DNA of 64,000 bases from Macrostomum lignano (lineage: Eukaryota): assembly GCA_002269645.1 (NCBI GenBank), contig NIVC01003423.1:34492-98491 (forward strand). Reading direction: 5' to 3'. The position numbers and the translations under genes are program-made. The first letter of the stretch is position 1; each line of letters opens with the position of its first letter. The notes below the pieces were generated by a model, which was not told the origin of the DNA, did no database searches, and saw nothing but the letters and a program-made list of their open reading frames with translations. Below are positions 23,598 to 35,731 of this stretch, in pieces.

Positions 23598-25130
23598 GGC
23601 GGCAACTCTAACTGCGCTCGAAATATCTCCCGGTTTTTGTCCTTGCCAATGCCTGGGGCGCTCAACTTGGCCTGATACGGCCTTCTGGCTCTTCCCCCTA
23701 CGGTCCTGCCGATCTGATCCTCCTTCCCCCGGCAGTTTCGTCTTCAAAAGCTAAGTTCCCCCTGAGAAGCATCATCAATATCTCCCGGCAGTGATCTAAG
23801 AGCATGAGCAGCAACGACAACCGGCAAGTGAGGAGCAACAGCGTCGCGCGTCAGTTAAGATCAGCAGCAGCATACCATCTGAGTGTTTCGGTCTCTGTGG
23901 ATTCCTTGGCTACCGGCAGATAGGTCCTCTGATTGGTTGGGTGAGAGGCTCTTTTGACCTGCTTAACTGGGTGCACCCTTTGTCTGACCCCTTCCTAGGT
24001 AGTCTGATAGGATTTGCACTTTTGCTTACTTGCTTTTGTGTGCCAATCTCGAGGCAGAAGTGTCAGTTAATATTAAAATTAGCCATTTGCTCGAACTCAA
24101 TCTAAAGTGTTTAGGATTGCGGATTAAGTGAGAAAGCTAAATCTGGAAGTTAAAGACTTGGCGTTTTCATTCTTTTTCGCAATACCAGCTGAGATGAGCG
24201 GCTTAATCTAGAGGCAGAGGTCACGGTGGACCGGAAGCGGCACAGTTCCCAGTCAATCAGTCGATCTAAGAAATCATTATGTTAAGCATGCAAATTAAGT
24301 GCCAGACTGGCGCTTTCGCGCTGTCTCAGGCAGCTAAGCGGCTAAAACGAGATAAATATTAGTCTGAAGGTCTCCAAAAGTGACAATACATCTACACCAT
24401 CGTTATCTGTCGACGTGTTTACACATTTAGTGCCAAAAGCGTGCAGTTACGTGTACTTATGCATGTACTTCTGGGAATTCGGTAATGAAATAGTACATTT
24501 AGTAGTGTATGAAGGCTCGCCAGCGCAAGAACCCCCTGCAAAAGTCCTCTCTGTCCCTGCATGGCCAATGCGATCTTAGTCCCAGCAGCGTCCCTTCTAT
24601 TCGGCTATGACTTCGAGATAGACAGCTAAAAGACACTAGATGGCAGGTAAGTGCAGTGCCCCTCTAGTCGGAAGTCCGATTTCGATAGCTCCGGTTTGGT
24701 GAGCCGGGGCGCACGGACTGGTGGTAGCGGGTTAGTTAATCTGCGGATTAGCTAATCTCTACCTTTCAAATTCTCCCTGCTTGTCTCTCGCTGTCTTCTC
24801 CTAGCTATAGGACCTTGCTGCTCGCCCACAATCTAGCTACCATGGGGCTGACCATCTGACAGGAGTGAGAGGCCAGAGTTCTAAGTGATTCATTTCCGAA
24901 TTCTGAGGCCCGAAGCTATAGGCTTAGAAAGGCCGAACCCATCAAATTGAAGAGAATGTCAGTTTTGATGAGCTACAGGTAAGTTTATCCCTTGCTCAAA
25001 TTTCTGCCGAGGAAAAAGCCTGATCTATTTACTACATAAGTGGCTACGTTTACACAAAAATGCACAAAAACTTGACTAAAAATGCATTCTGCTCGCTGAG
25101 CCGTGGAGTGGATTTCAGCTGGACTACAGT

Positions 25131-25746
25131 ACAGTATGGCTAGGAAAGAAGTGCATTTGGGATAACTCCAGTAGTGGAATATAAAGGAAACTCCAGCATT
25201 GGAGCGAGTACTGGATCGCTGATATAAATCCAGCATTGGAGCATCGGTGCTGGCTCCAATGCCGGAATTTCCTTATGCTCTAATGCTGGAGTCATACATG
25301 TATCAGCTCCAATACTGGAGCTTCGGTTTTGGCACCGGAAAAGTGCAAATAACTCTACCGGACGACCTTCTGGCGCTCTGGGACCGGCGCCAATCGACTC
25401 AGGGGGCCGAAATCTATCAGAAAATGTTGGTCGCATAGGCGCGAAAGGCACTCTGCAAATGCCAAAAAAATGTATCCCCCGGCCTAGGTGTACTTGTCAA
25501 ATTCACACCTTATCAACCTGCTGCCGGTAAAGATTCTGCAAGTAAACCGGCTGTCCTGCAACTTGCAACTAATCAAAACTACGCAAGCCGCTGAGCAGTG
25601 TCGCACTAAACTGCACGCTAAAATCTACCATCAATCTATAGTATTGGAGTCTACAAGGCTTCAATGCTGGAGTTTCCTTTATATTCCACTTTTGTACCTT
25701 TGTACTGGAGTTATGCCAAAATGCACTTCTTTCCGAGCCATACTGT
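25131..25746. mobile_element. MITE with long imperfect TIRs, Tc1/pogo-like CAGT end
   Basis: ACAGTATGGCT.GGAAAGAAGTGCATTT...GTGGAATATAAAGGAAACTCCAGCATTG is mirrored at about 25660-25746; internal CTCCAGYA repeats; TA duplicated only on the left. Confidence 0.7.
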
Positions 25747-26044
25747 TCCCCAAAACGATAGATTTGGCGCATGAAATTATACTCGATAATAGGTAAAGAA
25801 ATTCTGCACCAGCAGTACTTTACCGCTTGTCAAAATATTGAATAGTTGCTGAGATATCGATGCTACAATTTCGGTGAATTTCCAGTGCTCTTCAAATCAG
25901 CGCAAAATACGTTTTTTAGTCCAGCTCAATCCACTTCACGGCTTCGTGTGGATTCACTTGCAATCAGTAAAAGTGGCAAAAGTAGAGATCTGTTTTGGTT
26001 GTTAAATATTAAGCTTGCATGCAAAGGTATTATTAACTACCAAA

Positions 26045-26960
26045 TAGCAGCACACAGGGACTCAATTCCAGTGTTTTTTAGAGCGAGGTGCTTGCCATCA
26101 GCTCCTGTGTGGTGCCAGAGCTGTTCGAAGGCAGCTTAGCTTGCAGTCAGAAATTTATTTTTCACTCCGACAGCCAAGCAGCCCTTCTGGCCGTCTGCTG
26201 CAGCACCACCAACTCCAGATCTGTCCTGGACTGCAACGCCCGGCTCCATGCAGGGCTTGCGCTGGGCAACCAGCAGGTGGAGCTCAAATTGACCCCGGCC
26301 TACGATGTCATGGTTTCCATCCCGGCAAGGCTGGCTCCGCCGGCACGCTTCTGGACCGGGCCCAGGGGCCCCCACCCCTGCGCCTCGGTGATTAACTCCC
26401 GCGTCAAGCACTGGGCTGACTCTTAGCATCTCCGCAGGTGGCAGGATCAACACTCGAAATTGCAGGAAATCCCGTGCTGCTGTCCCCCTGCGTAGAGCCT
26501 TCCTTAGGCTCAACCTCAGGGATCTTAAGAGCATTTACATGTACATGGGCCCTCTCCGGGCATGCATGGCTGCTTCTCTCGCCACCGCTTCCTTCAGGGC
26601 CAGGTACTTGAGGAGCCGTGCGCGGTGCCCCAAGCTCTTCTGCCGCTCAACAGGCAGTAAAAACGCAGAACAATTTATCTGCCACTACCTGGTCTTCACC
26701 ACTCACTCACCCCGGCCCAACTCTCCGATGCTTGCAGGCCCGAGAGCATATCGATGCTCACCCGGTACCTCAGCTGAGTTTTCCCCACCGCCGGTGAGGA
26801 GGACCGTGCTGCAAGCGAGACCGACGCCCCCGGAAGGGACATCACTTCGATGGAAGTCATTCATGGTCGCCAGAGGCTAGCGGAATTGGGCGGTCTTCTT
26901 CGCCTCCTGATCGCTGCATCCGCCGGATGATCTCCTCTGCAGCTAGGTCAAACATACTCG
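26045..26960 (+). pseudogene. Decayed non-LTR retrotransposon 3' fragment (RNase H plus C-terminal Cys/His region)
   Basis: SVF*SEVLAI...IFHSDSQAALLAV...SRSVLDC is the I/R1-type RNase H motif; multiple stops and frameshifts. Confidence 0.75.
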
Positions 26961-27769
26961 TGTGCATACTGGCACTAATCCATGATTGAACATACATGTA
27001 GGTGAAATACTTGCGTGAGTTGCGTCAGTGTCAATACGCTCTTGCTCCAAAATACTTGAGCTCTTGTGCTAATCTCCATTCTAGCCGTGCTTGCTTTTGC
27101 TAGTGCGAGCTTGTTCATGCAACCCAATTTTGGTGCTATTTTTAAGCCTAGCTTACTTGAGGTAGCAAATTAGCCAGACTATGTGGATAGTTTGCCATTA
27201 GCTAAGGATAGTTTAACATTCTGAGCAGGATGAGAGAATTTTCAGGCCGCCGCGATCCGAAATTCAAACCGCGACTTGCAGTCTGGTCAATTCTTTTGCA
27301 CGAACGAAATTTCTCAAATAAGTGTAACACAAAGTGAAAAAATTAGAAAACTACTTGGACGATTTGACCTTTCAAAACTGCACTAAAATGCGTGGCGCAA
27401 CAGCCAAATTACCGGGTGACATCGATCGAGCAAAAGTGCTTTTTTATTTGTTATTCGGACAAAAAATTACAGCTCTCAATAAACGCAAAGGTAATGTGCC
27501 GCTTGGATAGAAAAACTTTATGCAGCTACGCAAAAACAACTGAAGTAATACGCGCAACATAGAGCTGCCCGCAAAAACTTCAGCTACACAGCAACTACAA
27601 ACCGCTGGTACAGGACTGCGCATCGCCAGGGTGAGTCCCACGAACACGCATCACTTCAGACAATCGTTCAGATAATAAACATAGTTATTAAATAACCCTC
27701 ACTTTGCCACTGTTCGTTAAGGTCGAAACGGAACCGGACTGGATGATAGCACGCGGAGCAGCGATCGTC

Positions 27770-27930
27770 CTCCGCTTGAGCCGGCGGTCACTGCAGCCGA
27801 AGCGGCAGGCAGCAAACAGTCCTGCGATCGTCCTCCGCTTGAGCCGGCGGTCACTGCAGCCGAAGCGGCAGGCAGCAGACAGTCCTGCGATCGTCCTCCG
27901 CTTGAGCCAGTGGTCACTGCAGCCGAAGCC
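27770..27930. repeat. 63-bp repeat, about 2.5 copies (inverted counterpart of 21417-21810)
   Basis: Reverse complement of the same unit. Confidence 0.9.
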
Positions 27931-28444
27931 GCAGCATTCATCGGATCCTTGCAAAATAAAATATCTTTTCTGGCATTCCAAATCCCAAATGGCTTTCATA
28001 AACGCACAGTTCCCCGTTGGAAAGCCGAATACAAAGTGCGGCGTCAGCGTTAGCTGACTCGCATGTACGCACCTGAAATGGTGAGAGTGAAGCGTCTGAA
28101 GTAAATAATGATGCATAGTGTTATATTTTTTAATAATACCGAAACGAAACAATCTTCTCAGTTTTGAACATAAATGGAGACAGTACTCAAGGGCACAGTG
28201 GGAGATAGCCTGGAAGTGGTTGCCATGGAAGGGGTAGCCTGGGAGAGTAGCCTGGAAGAGCTGCCTGGGAGGGTTAGACTGGAAGGGCTGCCTGCGAGGG
28301 GTAGTCTCGGAGCGCTGCCTTGGAGGGGTAGAGTGGAAGAGGAGCCTGAGAGGGGTTGAGTAAGAGGGGTAGCCTGGCAAGAGTAGCCAGGAAGGGTAGC
28401 CTAGGAGCGCTGTCTGGAAGAGGTTGATGGGAGATGAAGCCCGG

Positions 28445-30735
28445 AAGGCCGGCAGGATGTGGAGAAGCCGGCAGGATGTGGAGAAGCCGGCAGGGTGTGG
28501 GGAAGGGTAGCAGGGAGTAGGGAAGTCCAGCAGGAAGTGGGGAAGCCGGCAGGGTGTAGGGAATGCCAGAAGGGAGTGGGAAAGGCCTGCATTGATGGGG
28601 AAGGAAAGCAAGGTGTAGGGAAAGCCTGCATTGGTAGTGAAGATTACCAGGGTGTGGGGAAAGACAGCAGGGTGTGGGGAAGGACAGCAGGGTGTGGGGA
28701 AGGGTAGCAGGGAGTAGGGAAGGCCAGCAGGATGAGGGGAAGCAGGCAGGGTGTGGGGAAGGCCGGCAGGGTGTGGGGAAGGGTAGCAAGGAGTAGGGAA
28801 GGCCAGCAGGATGTAGGGAAGGCCGGCAGGGTGTGGGGAATGCCAGCAGGGAGTGAGGAAGGCCTGCATTGATGGGGAAGGACAGCAGGGTGTGGGGAAG
28901 GGTAGCAGGGAGTAGGGAAGGCCAGCAGGATGTGGGGAAGGACAGCAGGGTGTGGGGAAGGGTAGCAGGGAGTAGGGAAGGCGAGCAGGATGTGGGGAAG
29001 CTAGCAGGGTGTGGGGAAGGCCAGCAAGGAGTAAGGAAGGCTGGCAAGGGTGTGGGGAAGGCCAGCAGGGTGTGGGGAATGCCAACAGGGAGTGAGGAAG
29101 GCCTGCATTGATGGGGAAGGACAGTAGGGTAGGGGAAAGACAGCAGGGAATTGGGGAAGGACAGCAGGGTGTAGGGAAAGCCTGCATTGGTAGTGAAGAC
29201 AAGCAGGGTGTGGGGAAGGACAGCAGGATGTGGGGAAGGGTAGCAGGGAGTAGGGAAGGCCAGCAGGATGTGGGGAAGCAGGCAGGGTGTGGGGAAGGCC
29301 GGCAGGGTGTGGGGAAGGACAGCAGGGTGTGGGGAAGGGTAGCAGGGAGTAGAGAAGGTCAGCAGGATGTGGGGAAGCCGGCAGGGTGTGGGGAAGGCCG
29401 GCAGGGTGTGGGGAAGGGTAGCAAGGAGTAGGGAAGGCCAGCAGGATGTGGGGAAGGCCGGCAGGGTGTGGGGAATGCCAGCAGGGAGTGAGGAAGGCCT
29501 GCATTGATGGGGAAGGACAGCAGGGTGTGGGGAAGGGTAGCAGGGAGTAGGGAAGGCCAGCAGGATGTGGGGAAGGCCGGCAGGGTGTGGGGAATGCCAG
29601 CAGGGAGTGAGGAAGGCCTGCATTGATGGGGAAGGACAGCAGGGTGTAGGGAAAGCCTGCATTGGTAGTGTAAGGCAAGCAGGGTGTGGGGAAGGACAGC
29701 AGGGTGTGGGGAAGGGTAGCAGGGAGTAGGGAAGGCAAGGCCAGCAGGATGTGGGGAAGCCGGCAGGGTGTGGGGAAGGCCGGCAGGGTGTGGGGAAGGG
29801 TAGCAAGGAGTAGGGAAGGCCAGCAGGATGTGGGGAAGGACAGCAGGGTGTGGGGAAGGGTAGCAGGGAGTAGGGAAGGCGAGCAGGATGTGGGGAAGCT
29901 AGCAGGGTGTGGGGAAGGCCAGCAAGGAGTAAGGAAGGCTGGCAAGGGTGTGGGGAAGGCCGGCAGGGTGTGGGGAATGCCAGCAGGGAGTGAGGAAGGC
30001 CTGCATTGATGGGGAAGGACAGCAGGGTAGGGGAAAGACAGCAGGGTATGGGGAAGGACAGCAGGGTGTAGGGAAAGCCTGCATTGGTAGTGAAGACAAG
30101 CAGGGTGTGGGGAAGGACAGCAGGATGTGGGGAAGGGTAGCAGGGAGTAGGGAAGGCCAGCAGGATGTGGGGAAGGCCGGCAGGGTGTGGGGAAGGGTAG
30201 CAAGGAGTAGGGAAGGCCAGCAGGATGTGGGGAAGGCCGGCAGGGTGTGGGGAATGCCAACAGGGAGTGAGGAAGGCCTGCATTGATGGGGAAGGACAGC
30301 AGGGTGTGGGGAAGGGTAGCAGGGAGTAGGGAAGGCCAGCAGGATGTGGGGAAGCTGGCAGGGTGTGGGGAAGGCCAGCAAGGAGTAAGGAAGGCTGGCA
30401 AGGGTGTGGGGAAGGACAGCAGGGTAGGGGAAAGACAGCAGGGTATGGGAAAGACAGTAGGGTGTGGGGAAGGCTAGCAGGATATGGGAAAAGCCAGCAA
30501 GGTGTGGCCATGTGGGAAGGCCAACAAGATACAATGAAGGCCAAGCAGGATACATTGAAGAGCAGCAAGGTTTGTGAAAGACAGCAGGGTATAGAAAAGG
30601 CCTATAAAAGACAATGAAGGGCAGCAAGGTATGGGAAAGGCTTGTATTGATAAGAAAAGGTAGCAAGTGTTGTAGGAAGGCCATTGGGGTAAGGTATGGT
30701 AAAGGGCAGTAGGGTGTAACCATGTAGGGAAGGCT
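28445..30735. repeat. G-rich strand of the compound minisatellite (copy B)
   Basis: Reverse complement of 17030-21290, about 2 kb shorter. Confidence 0.95.
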
Positions 30736-31132
30736 AGCAGGTTATGGGGAAAGGGAAGGTTAAAAAAACAAAAAATATAGAACCTCTAAATACTAAATAC
30801 TAATTTCAGGCTTAACCTATAACATAAAATAGTAGAATAGAACCCAATTTATCAATAAAATAAAAAATAAAAAATACATCCATTTATGGAATTTTATGCT
30901 AGCTCAGCTAGTTGTACTACATATATATAATAGGCTATTAGTATAGTATATTAGAACCCTAAATTATGGTTGTTCAATATATCTATCAATATAGCTAGCT
31001 TTACTAAATAGTTTCTCTCCTAAACTCAGGATTCAGGGTTCAGAAAAAAGAATATTGAATATATAGCCCTAGGCCTAGCTTAGTCACACAGTTATTGCAT
31101 TCAGTTACAAAATTGTGCATAGGCCTAGCTAC

Positions 31133-34100
31133 TAGAGCTGTCACGAGATCTCGACGAGACGAGATTCGAGACGAGATCTCGACATTTTTTCTCGTCTCGA
31201 GAAATCTCGAATTTTGTTAAGAAATTCGGGACGAGATTTAAGAATTTTTCTGATACCTTTTTTCAAAAACTTTTAAGTGATAAGATATAAAAAGGGGAGC
31301 AAATTTTTATATAAATACAACTATTTGTTGTAACACGCTTGATAGGGCAATTTTCAAATGGTAAAATCTAGCCAATGTCGAGCAGTTTTAGTTATTTAAC
31401 GAACGTCGTTATATACGAGTTTGCATTGCATATGCGCTCTTTTAGTTATCATTTCAGTTCTGCGGCAAGGTGTATCACAGCAGACTCGAAGACAATCTGC
31501 TTTTGACGAATTACTACCTGACTTTGTACTCGTAAGTAACCTTTAATTAATATATTAATGCATGAAGCAAATTTTTAAACATTAAAAATATAATTGTAAC
31601 TTTTCGTCTTACTGGGTTCATTATTTCTTTCTTTCTGATGGCAGGCACATTTTATTTTTTGAAAGTTGTAAAAACTGCTGCTGTATACGCAAGGCGCCTG
31701 CATTGGCATCAGTCATGTAGGCACATATTATTGCCTTTAATTGGCTTTAACAATATTTAAACTAGAGATGTTATTGTACAGGTACATGAGTACAGTATGT
31801 AGCACATGGAAAATATAAAAAGGTAAAATTATACCTACTGATTACGTATAGAAACATGTAACAAACTACACGAAGATGGTGAAAGAGAGCAAACAACATA
31901 CCTGATGGTGAACATGTAAAGCATAGTTATAAAAAGGTTTATGTAAATGCTTGCGCATTTTATAAGTGATTTGATAATATATAATAGATATAAACACTGA
32001 GTATCCGCTTGGCAGCTTATGGCACATACACAAGTGATCGAGTATGAGTAAATAAGCATGCTTTTGTTTTTCTGCATGATTTCGAATCAAAGTTTAATTT
32101 TTTAAATAATGTACCAGCGTAAGTATAGTTTCAAATTTCCTATCAAAAGTGCTCAAGCTGCAGAATGCTAATGGCTAAAACAAACAAATAAAACCATGGT
32201 TCTATAAGCTCAACCATACATATAAAACGATGTAAGAGTTTCAAATCTAAAATCTGAACTTTCTAGGACTCGATCTTGAATTAATGTGAAATTTAGTCAC
32301 TATTCTCAGTATAGTCAGTCACAAAGAAAAACAGTTGAGTTACTACATCAAATCAGCTGCGGCATGTTGCTGGCCAAAAACAGCAGGCGCTCGATATTTT
32401 CTCCCTTCAGACTTCGTCTTCTTGGTTCGTAGATTCGGCCAGCCTTTGAAAACAATCGTTCACTTGGCACCGACGTCGGTGGGGCACCAAGATAGCGCCG
32501 AATGAGAGACTTCAAGTCTGATGGAAGGTTGTCTGAACGCAATTTATTACGCCAATGATCTAGAGGATCAGAACTCATTGGCAGAAGTTCTGGATTGGCA
32601 AAATAGTCGTGAAGTACCTTCGCTGCTTTCCCAGCAGGCATAGGACCTTGGGCCTGAGATGACTGAACGATGCCATGAAACTCCTCCAAAAATGACAAAC
32701 GTTTAGTTTTGCCGGCTCTAGCAGGTTGGTCCTCAGATTCGGCAACAGCGCTGATAGTTTCATGGCTGTCGTCCTCAGAGCCAAGATTTTCGACGTTGGC
32801 ATAGTAGTTCGACTCCTCGTTGCCTGTGTTAGGGAATAGATAGTTTGTGAAACGTAAAGAGCATTGGAGTACATACATGTAAAGCCCAAGGACATAAACA
32901 TTGTAATTTTCTACCACCTTACCTGCCGCTGTAGCCACAGACAAGGTAGGTGGAGCACGCGATCCAAGCTCCTGGAGAATGTAGTCCTTGATTATTTCGT
33001 GCTGAGAGCTATCAAAGAAAGCCAATTTGAAGCGGCCATCTAAGGCAGTAGAAGCCTGATAGAACTCATTTGTCAGGAAGCACTCGAACCTGCTCTTGAT
33101 TGCATTAATCAATGACCGATGCACACTGCTGATTTGGGCAAAGTCGATCTTGTCCAGCTTACGTAGCAGCATTCGAATGATAGGAATCAGAACAGATGTT
33201 GACTCAGCATCCCGACTCAACTGCTCAGTGGCTTCATCAAGCGGCTCAAGTAGAGTTACTAGCCTAGCAGAGATGTCAAGCTCATTCTCAGTCAATGCCT
33301 GGAGCGTTGTTCCAGAAGAAGCACTGAGCACAGCAGCAACAGCAGCATGCTGTTCATTGTAGCGACGGAGCATATGCAGAGAAGAATTCCACCGAGTTTC
33401 CACATTTTGAATCAGTCGGTTTTTGGGCAGACCTAAAGCCCCCTGGAAATTCTGTAGCTGCTTTTGTGCTGGATGTGACCGGTCAAAGTGGCCTACAAGG
33501 CCCTTTACTTTTTTTATGATGGTCTGCGTCAAGACTCCTTCCTTCAAGGCCTCTTTGACACAGAGCTGCAGAACATGGCAGGCACAGGAGGCATCCGGAA
33601 CTTGAAGAAGAGATGCTGCCTTTCGAATGTTGCTGCCCCCATCACGCAGGAGCAGGGTCACATGGTCATTAAGCTGAAACTCTTCAATAACATTCAGGAG
33701 GATGTTAGAGAGGGCCTCCCCAGTGTGAGCAGACTCGATTGGTGTAGCAGCTAGGACTAATTTTTTCGCTCCAAGTCTGGAGTGACGAAGTGCCCTGTCA
33801 CACTGAGTAAAGCAATGGCCTGATTAGCAGATGACCAGCAGTCGGAAGTGACTGCCACCTCAACATCATCAGGCAGCTGCTGTTTGACTGTTTGCTTGGC
33901 CAACTCGTACTCTTTTTCTATAAGCTTCTGGTAATAATTTCTTGATTTCAGTTCATATCGAGGCTCCAAACCAGCAACTAAGCGTTGGAAGCCTAGATCC
34001 TCTACAATAGAGACAGGCTGACTGTCCACTGCAATCATTTGGACAATCAGCCTATCAATAGCACGACTCGATGGGTTATTTTTATCCCATGGCTTGTTGA

Positions 34101-35731
34101 CTCGAAACATTGAGTCAATTTTTGCTTGCTTCGATGGAGGAGGACAAGATTGCATGCATGATGAATCATTGTCCTTGTTGGTACTTGAATTATGGCTGCT
34201 TGCAGCACTAGTATTCTGATTGCTTGTAGTCGATACAGAAAAAGGTACTCGTGCTGCCTTAGCCTTTTCCTCATTTTTTAACGTCTTGTACAGACCAACG
34301 TGTTTGTTCTGAAGATGTCTCCAAAGTCCAGTAGTTGAAGAGCTTGTTGTTTTTAATTCTGCCTTGCATGAGAGGCAGATTGCAGCTTCTTTAACAGGAA
34401 CTCGGTTAAAATGTTTCCAGATAGGATTGTCCATAATCATGCAGGCAAACAGGTTCTATCTAGTTATTATATAATTTTAGGCTGCTTCTAACGAATTTTT
34501 ATCAAATCTAATATCAATTTGAGCTGAAATAATCAGGAAGATTTATAAAGTTAAAAGAAAAATAGAATATTTCTTGACTAGAAGATGGCCATAGGAGATT
34601 GACTCTGGAATGCTATAGTTTATTTCTTGATTTTGATACTTACAAATCAGCACATTAGTATAGGAGCCTACATACCTACCTATCTATATATCTATCAATC
34701 TACACCTCACCTACATACCTACTACACTTATAGTTTGCTAGAACTAGCCACAGGTGGGCGAACAGGGAACACAGGGGAATTGAGACACCTGGGCAAACAG
34801 GGAACACAGTGGAATTGAGACACCTGGGCAACTATAACTAACTATATAGCTAGCTAATAGCTATGACAAAGTTAAGTAACTAGCCAATTATTAATAAATA
34901 TTTGATTTCTAGATTTCTAAGTACTTAAGTAAAACAAATTCAAATTTATAACAGCTAGCTAGCTATAAAAGTTTGATTAGTTTGACTTTAGTTTGACCAT
35001 TGATTTTTCAATTTTTGTTTTATAATTGATTAGTAAAAAAAGAAAAAAATTATTAACCAAATAAGTTATATAACCTATTAATTTGAAGTTACTACTAGGC
35101 CCTAATACTTACTACAATAATAAATAAGTCATTAATAGATAATAGAAGTAGCTAAATATATATTTATAGATTTAAACATGTAGAACATTGTCTTCTACTA
35201 AGATTTCTACTTTCTTTAGATTTCTTTAGATTTAGTCTACCTTGCAATATTAAGCCAATAATTTTATAGATTGCATATTTTACTTTGTTGCAATTTCCTT
35301 GGCTTAGTTAATAAACTATTTAATCTATAGACTAACATAAACTTAATGCAATATTATACAATGCATATATATATGATAATAAATATCAATATCATATATA
35401 GGCCTAGTAGGTCTAATTGTAATTAGTAATAGTAGGGCCTATATGTCACTAGCATAAATGCTTATGAATAAATAGCAAAGAATTAAAACTAGAATTAAGA
35501 AAGAATCAATTAGATTCTGAAAAATCTAAAAAATATATTTTAGAATTATATCTTGTCAAGAAATTTAAGACAAGATAAGACAAGACAAGAGCAAGACAAG
35601 ATGCAATTCTGAATTCTGAAATATATTTTTTTAGATTTACTTTGTCTCGTCTCGTCTCGAATTTCTCGACTTATAAGCCTTTCTCGTCTCGAATCTCGTC
35701 TCGAATAAAATCTCTAATTTTGACAGCTCTA
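31133..35731 (-). mobile_element. hAT (Ac/ZBED-type) DNA transposon, 4.6 kb
   Basis: TIR TAGAGCTGTCA...TGACAGCTCTA; 8-bp TSD CTAGCTAC at 31125-31132 and 35732-35739; GAGACGAG subterminal repeats; empty site at 16642-16649. Confidence 0.95.
32348..34440 (-). CDS. hAT transposase (BED finger, catalytic core, hATC dimerization domain), with a 1-nt frameshift and a probable 99-bp intron
   Basis: IWKHF...AICLSC...STTGLWRHLQNKH; VTSDCWSS; LLRDGGSN; TRWNS; PPTSVPSERLFSKAG. Frame shifts at an A6 run (33761-33766); gtaagg...acacag intron at 32922->32824. Confidence 0.9.

Noticed and set aside
17052-30723. Many 100-760 aa Pro/His/Leu- or Gly-rich ORFs
   Set aside because: All are translations of the compound satellite, open in several frames.
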